Of a stretch of DNA of 64,000 nt, positions 10,170-17,879 are shown one piece after another; position 1 is the stretch's first letter; each line of letters begins with the position of its first letter. The notes below the pieces were generated by a model. That model saw only the letters and a list, made by a program, of their open reading frames with translations. It searched no databases and was not told where the DNA came from. This DNA comes from a virus, in UHGV virus genome UHGV-1358930, one strand, 5' to 3'. A program made the translations under genes and the position numbers.

Positions 10170-10823
10170 ATGGATGTAGTAAAGAATATGCGTGGAAGTA
10201 TTTGGTGGTTGAAAGACGAATTTGATAAATACAAAGGTGAAAGAGGCATCCTTAGAGGTTCTAGGCCGGTTATCATTATGAATAATCCAGCAAACGAATA
10301 TAATGATTGCACTATTACATATTTGCCGATTTCTAAGTGCGAATCTCATGCTGGTGATGATAGTCGAATTCAAATGTTTTATCAGGTACCTATTCAGATT
10401 CCTGGTAATAAATCTAGTTATGTATGTTGTAATAGCATCATGACTACAACTACTTCTCATCTTGGAGAATATGTTGGGCAGATTTCAGAAGATAAGCTAA
10501 AAGAAGTCGAAGCCGAATTGATGCGTTATCTTTCTCTTTCTGAAAAAGTCGTTACACGAGAAGTAATAAAAGAGGTTAGGGATACAGACAAGGCAACGAA
10601 AACAACTTCTTTTTCTATTACAGACGCTGTCGCTTGTCCAGAACTCAAAAAAGTATATTCTAGTTGTACTGAAATGGCTAAAGATCTTAACTGCTCTCCT
10701 GCGTCTATCAGCAAGTCGAGTAGATGGGGAAGTAAGCTGATGCACAAATACACAGTGTTTAAAGTAGCAACGGCTGCTGGAAACTATGTTTGCAAAACTA
10801 AGGAGGAAATCAAAAATGAGTGA
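10170..10823 (+). CDS. MazF/PemK-fold endoribonuclease-like toxin domain fused to a ~100-aa C-terminal extension
   Basis: The N-terminal 120 aa align to MazF/Kid: IWWLKDEFD.YKGERGILRGSRPVIIMNNP...CTITYLPIS ... TTTSHLGEYVGQISEDKLKEVEAEL. The C-terminal part is HTH-like (ACPELKKVYSSCTEMAKDLNCSPASISK). Confidence 0.55.
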   Translation: MDVVKNMRGSIWWLKDEFDKYKGERGILRGSRPVIIMNNPANEYNDCTITYLPISKCESHAGDDSRIQMFYQVPIQIPGNKSSYVCCNSIMTTTTSHLGEYVGQISEDKLKEVEAELMRYLSLSEKVVTREVIKEVRDTDKATKTTSFSITDAVACPELKKVYSSCTEMAKDLNCSPASISKSSRWGSKLMHKYTVFKVATAAGNYVCKTKEEIKNE

Positions 10824-11775
10824 GCTACTTAATATTCCTGGAATTCTTTGGCAAGACCTAGGAACACGAACTGATTCAGAAAACACAACACTTGACAGCT
10901 TGATGACGAAAGCAGGTGCAAACTACACTGTATCTGCATACAAGATGTATACAGAAGTAGCAAACAGCGTACAAGGATATCATGCTATTTACAGAAATGA
11001 CGACAAACGTCTGATGTGTGTAGTAAATAATTTCTACCCTGAACTTGTTCAGAATAACATGACGTTTGCTCTCATGGAACCTCTGATGGCTGCGGGACTT
11101 GTATCATTTGAATTTTCGTCTGTAGCATCAGGTGGACTGTATCACTACGGTGTATTCAAATCTAATAAGACATGTAAGATCCTTAATGAAGATATTGAAC
11201 ATTATTTTCTTGTAGTGAATGATCATAGCAAGACTGATAGAAAAGTTTCTGTATTCAATCTGCCTGTACGAAAAAAGAATGAAACTATTCTTTTCTGCTC
11301 CATGACAAACAGTGCTTATAAGCTTCGTATGCCAGTTTCTGAAGATAACCTGTCCAATGAAGCTGCTGGCACTATGATCATGTCTTCGATTGATGACGCA
11401 TTCCTTTGGTGCGAAATCAAACTAAAAAAGCTATATAATAAGAAGATTGAGCTTGAGGACGTTGCTAAGGTTATGGACGAGTTGTTTCCTTACGTTTCTG
11501 CTTCAAATGGAGATCCGTTGGATACAAAAGCAAACGAAAAAGTTGACGAGCTCAGAAGCACCTTCCAAGAGTGCATTGATTCAGATGATAATGATGAATA
11601 TCGTCAAACTGCACTATATCTTTACCTTGGTATGCTAGATTATACGCAGCACTACTGGGCAAGTGCAGAAAAAGGATACGACATCAACAAGAAGATGACC
11701 GTAGTACCTGGATTCTTTACTTCGATTGATACAGAAGGTGCTAAAGTAGCTAAGCTGCTAAAAATGCTGAAGTAG
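10816..11775 (+). CDS. Hypothetical protein
   Basis: RBS AAGGAGGAAATCAAAA before the ATG at 10816. About 320 aa with no motif recognised. Confidence 0.55.
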   Translation: MSELLNIPGILWQDLGTRTDSENTTLDSLMTKAGANYTVSAYKMYTEVANSVQGYHAIYRNDDKRLMCVVNNFYPELVQNNMTFALMEPLMAAGLVSFEFSSVASGGLYHYGVFKSNKTCKILNEDIEHYFLVVNDHSKTDRKVSVFNLPVRKKNETILFCSMTNSAYKLRMPVSEDNLSNEAAGTMIMSSIDDAFLWCEIKLKKLYNKKIELEDVAKVMDELFPYVSASNGDPLDTKANEKVDELRSTFQECIDSDDNDEYRQTALYLYLGMLDYTQHYWASAEKGYDINKKMTVVPGFFTSIDTEGAKVAKLLKMLK

Positions 11776-11796
11776 TAAAATACAAAGTAAAAAATT

Positions 11797-11834
11797 GAGC
11801 CGAAGCGTGACAACTTCGGCTCTTTTATTATTTT
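11797..11834. terminator. Bidirectional rho-independent terminator between convergent genes
   Basis: GAGCCGAAG-cgtgacaa-CTTCGGCTC stem followed by TTTTATTATTTT. Confidence 0.65.
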
Positions 11835-12601
11835 AAGGAGAAAGTTTCTCTAACATTCATTGACGTATGTAATCTATTGTAAAGCATTGTTTCTGCAGTT
11901 TTTAGTTTACTTTTTACTGTTTTGCTATCTAATCCATACATATCACATATTTTAAATATATCAGAATCTGTAAGTTTGTGCTCTCTATCTATCATCTCTC
12001 TCATCAGAAGTTCTTCAATAGTATCATAATTATCAGAAGATAGGGAGGTTAATTCAATCGACGGGATGTCCTCAGAAGTCAAGAAGGGTTCATGCTTATC
12101 AAGATCAGCTATGTATAAGGTTCCAAATATGGCTTTTAATGAATCCATCTTATCTACAGGTAAATGTAACCTTGGATCGGATAGATCTTCGTATTTAACT
12201 TGACCCCAATGTTTACCTAACTGTTCTCCGACTTCCATACATAAAGATCTACGAATGGAGTATTTAACTTCGTTCAACTCTCTTTCAATCATCTCTCCTA
12301 TACGAAGTAAATAAAATACTGAAAACGATAGATCTTGTCTATATCCTTTATGTGTTTCATCACCCTGCCATTTGTACCACCAAAAACATTCACAAAAATG
12401 AGTCAGAGCTGATTGAAGTTTATCTTCATATGTAACAGTAGAATTGTTGATAAATGTTCTACTTGCTACATATCCAAAAAACGCATAGTTAAGCTCTATT
12501 ATCTCATCGCGTTGTTTGAAACATTTCATTCGCTCTGCTTTATTTTGTGGCATAGTCGAATATATGTCTAAGGTTCGTTGTTTTATTTCCTCATTAGTCA
12601 T
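11828..12601 (-). CDS. Sigma-70-family sigma-factor-like protein (phage transcription factor candidate)
   Basis: RDEIIELNYAFFGYVASRTF resembles sigma region 2.1-2.2. GYRQDLSFSVFYLLRIGEMIEREL resembles region 2.3-2.4 (GYKFSTYATWWIRQAI). A C-terminal HTH-like segment is present. It is the only long minus-strand gene in this part of the window. Confidence 0.45.
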   Translation of the reverse strand: MTNEEIKQRTLDIYSTMPQNKAERMKCFKQRDEIIELNYAFFGYVASRTFINNSTVTYEDKLQSALTHFCECFWWYKWQGDETHKGYRQDLSFSVFYLLRIGEMIERELNEVKYSIRRSLCMEVGEQLGKHWGQVKYEDLSDPRLHLPVDKMDSLKAIFGTLYIADLDKHEPFLTSEDIPSIELTSLSSDNYDTIEELLMREMIDREHKLTDSDIFKICDMYGLDSKTVKSKLKTAETMLYNRLHTSMNVRETFSLK

Positions 12602-13782
12602 TTTCTAGCACTCCCGTATCAATTGATGAAATTCTGAAATATTGAAATATTTAATAAACTGAGTAATGTGTAGAATATTGTGAAAACTGAAAATATGAAC
12701 CTTTGTTAATCTTACATGTAGAGGTATGTTTAAATCTACAAATATATTATATGAACTTAGTTAGCAGAAGTCAATGTAAATTAGCCAATTCATATCAAAA
12801 TTTTTATTGAAATCAGCAGATTTTCAGAATTTTGAAGTTTTACACAATTTGATCTAACTATAAAGCTAGATAGGAAATAACTATAACAAGCTGTTTGGCA
12901 TATAGATATGTTATAGCGAGACTTGAATAGCACTATAAGATAAATAACACGAACTTATCGCAATATCCGAAATTTAGAAATATTGAAGATTTGTGTATGG
13001 ATCATCTTAAACATTGAAATCTACAAAATCTACAATATCTGAAATTTTGAGATATTGTAAATTTGAATACTTTAACATACGTATATTGAATGTGCTTAAA
13101 AGATTAAATTTTCGTAAATTATTTTATTTATAGTTAAAATTTATGATTTGTTAATAGTTATAAACAGTATAAAAGTGATCTATTATTATAAGTGTCACCG
13201 TCTAGGTATATATGTATTCAATATATCATATAGTAGATATGTAAGTATTATATATCAAGCACATATCAAAATACTATAGCAAACTAAGTTATATAGGTAA
13301 TCCCTATATCAAGGTGTAATCTATATACAGTAATCCCTCACAGCGTAAGTTGAGCATAAACAATGAAATTGAGACATGTAGATATATTATCGCTATATAT
13401 CTAAACAAATTGATATAGTATTGACATATAGAGAATCACGTGATATTATAGCAAAACTTCATGGTTATGAAACTTCTATGTAACAAAATCAGTCAGAAAC
13501 CACCAAAATTTGAATATTTCAGAATATTGAAATTTCAATAATATGTAAATTTTACAATCTTTCAGAATCGTGAATATTTCAAAATATGAAAATTTCAACT
13601 TTCCGCTAAAATCACCAGAATTTAGTAAAATTGAAAGAATATGAAAATTTGATGCCTTCAATCTTTCAGAATCTGGTCATTTGGCCGCTTTAATATTATT
13701 AAAGAAATTAAAGTAATTAAAGTTATAATGTTATTAAAGTTATTTTAAAGGAATTAGCCAATTAAAGTAAAAAAGAATTAAA
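12602..13782. repeat. AT-rich ORF-free region with arrays of degenerate repeats (TTCAGAAT / TTGAAAT family and a TTAAAG iteron block)
   Basis: At least 7 copies of [T/C]TTCAGAAT-N2-4-TTGAAAT-like units lie near 12631, 12822, 12965, 13040, 13508-13600 and 13615-13670. Seven TTAAAG(T) units sit within 13695-13790. Confidence 0.5.
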
Positions 13783-13819
13783 GTAAAAACTCGCAAGCTC
13801 GTTTTTACTTTTTGGTTTG
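13783..13819 (+). terminator. Rho-independent terminator inside the noncoding region
   Basis: GTAAAAAC-tcgcaagctc-GTTTTTAC perfect 8-bp stem followed by TTTTTGGTTTG. No upstream + strand ORF, so it would terminate a noncoding transcript. Confidence 0.55.
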
Positions 13820-14119
13820 TAATCTGAGAACATAAATTCTGTCAGTAGATACCTCTATGCTGAAACGCATTGACGTACTTTTATGCGATCATGCGAAACA
13901 CATAGACGTGGGCGTGACCTAAACACTACAGTTGATACTGCACATGGTCGGTTCAAACTACGTAGTAGTTGAATTTTTGAGTAATTTGGTGGCGCTTGCG
14001 TTGAATATCTGTCTTCGTCTCGTGTATGCAACGCACGTATGAGTCTCATATGCAAAAAAAATATTCGCCAGCGCATTGGCAAATATCTGTTAGATTTCAA
14101 AAATTTATAAAATTCGGGG

Positions 14120-14148
14120 TTGACTTTTTGAAGCAGATACCTTATACT
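14120..14148 (+). promoter_or_regulatory. Sigma-A-type promoter (TTGACT-17-TATACT)
   Basis: TTGACT at 14120-14125, a 17-nt spacer, then TATACT at 14143-14148. Confidence 0.6.
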
Positions 14149-14154
14149 ATGGGT

Positions 14155-14615
14155 GTAGGTTCACCTAACAAGTTAAAACTCAGTTGAGCGTAGCACCTCG
14201 ACTACTTACTACTTCTGCTAGGCAGCTTCATGATAGAGTCAGCGCAAGATCGTCGAAGCAGGTAACTTGTTAGAAACCGAATCGTTAATGTACTTAGCAA
14301 ACCGCCACCAGGTAACTCCTATCGAGCTTGAAATTGAATAATCTCAAGATTGGTCAACAAAATCTTCTTTCAGAAGAGGCGCCAGTTTTGTACTCATCTT
14401 CTACTCACTTTTCGATAGGGGTGCTGGTAGTTGCTAAGCTATCAGTTTAGGTTTGCTAAAGTAGAAATAATCATCTACGTGAATTAGCCGGTATCTAGAG
14501 GTCGCTACTCGACGGTACGACGTTGTAGCATGCGTAGAAGCTGCAGCTGATGTGATGAGTGCAAAACTGACGCCTTTCTTTTGTTTATTTAGTAGTTCGG
14601 AGGGCTAAAGCATAC
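14155..14615 (+). other. Untranslated ~460-nt leader, candidate structured RNA
   Basis: No ORF between the promoter and the ATG at 14616. Local GC is higher than the flanks. There is a long-range complementarity: CCTAACAAGTTA at 14170 pairs with TAACTTGTTAG at 14262. Confidence 0.3.
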
Positions 14616-15983
14616 ATGGATATCTACACCGCAATGAATTCTATAAATAAGCTTGAAAATTTCATTATCAACGAATTTGATTTTGCAAAAGGAATGTATA
14701 GATCTACAATGACTAAGCTCAAAGAGATTGATAAGAAATGTAACGCAATTTCGACTAAATTGAATTCTTCTTTATCTGATGCAGGTGTAGAAGACAAAGT
14801 TAGTAAAGCTATCGAATTGACAAATCAGCTGAATATTTTGCTATCTGAGTTATCTGCGTCAGAAATTGAAAGTTCTAGAGAATTGAAAGAATCTTTCAAG
14901 TCTTGCGCAGCTATTTTTGTTATAGACGAAGATAAACCTCCAGCGACTGATAAGAGACTAGAAAATAAGCTAGATGCAATTTTAGATATATTGAAGAATT
15001 CTTCAATTTCTGATAAATTTACTAGTATTGAATCTAATCAATTTAATAAGCCTCTTGAAATTACAGAAAATGAGGATTCTAATGCGGTTGTGAGCAGATC
15101 CAGCGTTGCTGCAGATCAAATGAACGCATCTGAGACAGATTGCACTACTGTTGTTGATGTTAATCCTGTTTCATCATCTAACAATGAAGAACACACAAGT
15201 GCTTCTAATTCACTATCTTCAGATGTCAACCGGCGTCAGATATTCAAACGATTTGTCTCTACAATGGAGTATGCAAAGACTCATTCTACAAATTATCCAT
15301 TGGCTGACGTTGCAAAAGACTTGATTGTGGAGTGGTTTCAAGCTAGATTTTGTGATCCGACAACGCATTTCAAGTATAGACATCGAACTATTATAACTGG
15401 TATGTTGTCAATTACACTAGAAGTCGCTAGGAAGTATGCGTCATATTGTAAAGAGTCTTGGAGGCAGATATTAGATGTTTGGCCAAAGGTTAAGACGTCT
15501 GATATCTTAAGTGTCTCTTCTTTGATATCTGATATTCGTTCAAATAACATGCAATTTGCTTTGAGTTACGAGCTACAGTCTGCTATGTCAGATCCTGATG
15601 TTTTTGTTGAACGGTATGGTGAATATAAATTTACAGCAGTATGCGCTGAATATGTTTGGTACATACTTACTACTACAGTTTTTAAGAAAATCTGTGCAGA
15701 CGATGCATCTAACCATTTCGGAGTATCTGCAAGCTACTACATTACAAAACACAGTTTATGGGACTTGCTACTTAGCCATGAGGATAGCATCTATTTAGGT
15801 AATAAGGATATGTGTGATGTAGATGGTTACATATTTTCACCTGAAGGCATAGAATTCTGCGAAGACATGGAACTTAATCCGCATAAAATGGTTACTCATA
15901 TTGAAACGTATGACGCAGTCGATAAACATGATAAACATGTTGCAGCTAAGCAGGCGGAGAAGTTAGAGGAGGGCTTGATTTGA
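14616..15983 (+). CDS. Hypothetical protein (455 aa)
   Basis: RBS GGAGGG upstream. First gene after the promoter and leader. The N-terminus is coiled-coil-like. Confidence 0.55.
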   Translation: MDIYTAMNSINKLENFIINEFDFAKGMYRSTMTKLKEIDKKCNAISTKLNSSLSDAGVEDKVSKAIELTNQLNILLSELSASEIESSRELKESFKSCAAIFVIDEDKPPATDKRLENKLDAILDILKNSSISDKFTSIESNQFNKPLEITENEDSNAVVSRSSVAADQMNASETDCTTVVDVNPVSSSNNEEHTSASNSLSSDVNRRQIFKRFVSTMEYAKTHSTNYPLADVAKDLIVEWFQARFCDPTTHFKYRHRTIITGMLSITLEVARKYASYCKESWRQILDVWPKVKTSDILSVSSLISDIRSNNMQFALSYELQSAMSDPDVFVERYGEYKFTAVCAEYVWYILTTTVFKKICADDASNHFGVSASYYITKHSLWDLLLSHEDSIYLGNKDMCDVDGYIFSPEGIEFCEDMELNPHKMVTHIETYDAVDKHDKHVAAKQAEKLEEGLI

Positions 15984-17302
15984 AACGTATATTTAGCGAA
16001 GCGGGGTTAGAGAACTACTCGCCTATTCAGTTAAAACGGTCTCCGATGCAAATGGTAATACGAGACGAAATAGCCCGTATTATTCAAAATTTTAGAAATA
16101 CTCAGAAATACAAAAAATCTGCGTTGCGTGCACTGAACATATTGATGTATGCCACATTCTCAAACTCGTATCCGCCTGGCTGGAGCTCTGATGATGGATC
16201 TGCTCCTGTAGTATCATATTTTTCTAAGTTATCTGAAGAAGATATTCGAGCAGAGATTGGAGATTACTATTTAGATTATGTGGATGTTAAGTGGATTGAT
16301 ATTCCAGAATCTAATAGTTCTGATAACGCAAGTATAGCGCCTACGAAGTCAAAAAAGCTTGCGCAGAATTCTATTGATAATAATTCTAAATCTGATAGTA
16401 GTACTCCAGATGACAAAATATTTGACAGCCTAGAAACTGTTGACCTAGATGAAGCACTTAGCGCATTAAATGATAAAAGCACTTCAGCGTCTAGCAGTCA
16501 ATCCAAAGAAGCTGGCAGCACTTTAGGTAGTAATCATCTTGATACGATCTATGATGAAGTTAGACCAAATTCTAAGCCGGAGGATCTTTGGTTGAATGGG
16601 CCCGCAGTACCACAAATTGATACGTCTAAAATCTGGAGACGAGGTATTGTAGACGATACTGAATTAGTGATATATCATAGTTTACCTGAAATTCCTACAC
16701 GTCAGTGTGAAATCTCCATCACTACAGATTCTAGTAAATTAGCTAAGACAGATCTAATGAAATTATATCCAGACTGTATGTTTTATACTAGGCCGATGAT
16801 ACTATATTCCGAATCTTGCGGATTGAAGATGCATAAAACCTTTGGTGGCATAATACCAATCAAAGGCTTCACACAAAAGCAGATCATTGATAATATCGTA
16901 AAATATCCAGTAGTTACTGGTATGACTAGAGAAGGCAAAAAGCACGGACGGTCTATATTTGTTGAATTTGAAAAATTCATAGAAATTGACGGTGAGTTAT
17001 ATAAGACAACAGACATGATTGATAAATTACCTGACCTGAAAACGCTGAAGCCTTCATGGTCAATTATCGCTGAATACGTCGTTCGTCGTTATTTACTTGA
17101 GAGAGACATCTTACATATAGACCATAAGTACAAGATGTATGGAACGCTAGATCCATACTTAACATTGTTCATGCCGTCTCAAGATTATGTATCTGCTGGG
17201 CACAAAGATGTTGTAGCTATTGCAAAACATTGCGTAGAGTCTAGAGTAAGCTATCTCCAGAGTAGAAGTCCCATCATTCGGAGGTTAGAAGAAAATGCAT
17301 GA
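15980..17302 (+). CDS. Hypothetical protein (440 aa)
   Basis: Coupled by a 4-nt overlap to the upstream gene. A Ser/Asp-rich low-complexity segment lies in the middle. Confidence 0.55.
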   Translation: MKRIFSEAGLENYSPIQLKRSPMQMVIRDEIARIIQNFRNTQKYKKSALRALNILMYATFSNSYPPGWSSDDGSAPVVSYFSKLSEEDIRAEIGDYYLDYVDVKWIDIPESNSSDNASIAPTKSKKLAQNSIDNNSKSDSSTPDDKIFDSLETVDLDEALSALNDKSTSASSSQSKEAGSTLGSNHLDTIYDEVRPNSKPEDLWLNGPAVPQIDTSKIWRRGIVDDTELVIYHSLPEIPTRQCEISITTDSSKLAKTDLMKLYPDCMFYTRPMILYSESCGLKMHKTFGGIIPIKGFTQKQIIDNIVKYPVVTGMTREGKKHGRSIFVEFEKFIEIDGELYKTTDMIDKLPDLKTLKPSWSIIAEYVVRRYLLERDILHIDHKYKMYGTLDPYLTLFMPSQDYVSAGHKDVVAIAKHCVESRVSYLQSRSPIIRRLEENA

Positions 17303-17879
17303 TTGTATATATACACCATATTGTACATACAAACAATGCGACTTAGCTTGTCCTAATAGAGCTGAAGTGAATTGTTGGTTCAAACGATGCCGACTTGATA
17401 TGTCAAATAATTGCTTGCATACTAATATCCGAAATATTGAGAAAGCCGAGGATCTACTAAGTAACAAGTATGGAGAAACTGTGTGGTTTCCCACAGATAA
17501 TCCTTCAGATGCAAGCGACACTATTTGCTACGTAGCTATTTGCAAATATGGTAAAGGTACTGCTCTTGGAAACGGAATATACAATCTGGATTTTGCAAAA
17601 TTTATAGATATGATCAAGGAGTCCTGGAATACGCATTTTGAAACAGATAACTTAATTCAGATGCGTGTGTGGTCTTTGTCTGCAAATTACCTAGTTATCT
17701 CAAATCTAGATTATGTTAGATTTCAAGATTTTGAAAGTCAAACGTTGCTAAGGCTTCTGAATGATCGAAGAGATTATACAAAGACAACTGTAGTAGTTAC
17801 TAGTAAAGAACCTTTGGTCGGCAGCGGAAATTTCTTTCCTAGATTGACTTCTTTGCTAAAGGGGGTCAAGAGCAATTGA
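17295..17879 (+). CDS. Hypothetical Cys-rich protein (possible replication accessory or helicase-loader candidate)
   Basis: N-terminal Cys cluster CIYTPYCTYKQCDLACPNRAEVNCWFKRC. Translationally coupled to the helicase gene. Confidence 0.45.
   Translation: MHDCIYTPYCTYKQCDLACPNRAEVNCWFKRCRLDMSNNCLHTNIRNIEKAEDLLSNKYGETVWFPTDNPSDASDTICYVAICKYGKGTALGNGIYNLDFAKFIDMIKESWNTHFETDNLIQMRVWSLSANYLVISNLDYVRFQDFESQTLLRLLNDRRDYTKTTVVVTSKEPLVGSGNFFPRLTSLLKGVKSN

Noticed and set aside
12602-13782. Possible CRISPR array because of repeated units
   Set aside because: The repeats are degenerate with irregular spacing and unequal length, and there is no spacer-repeat periodicity.
13935-13960. tRNA-like T-loop sequence GGTTCAAAC
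   Set aside because: The flanking bases do not form a T-stem or an acceptor stem, so no cloverleaf can be drawn.
13476-14100. Minus-strand ORFs of 61 and 81 aa inside the noncoding block
   Set aside because: Arg/Leu-rich low-complexity translations, no RBS, lying in repeat and GC-shift DNA. Most likely chance ORFs.
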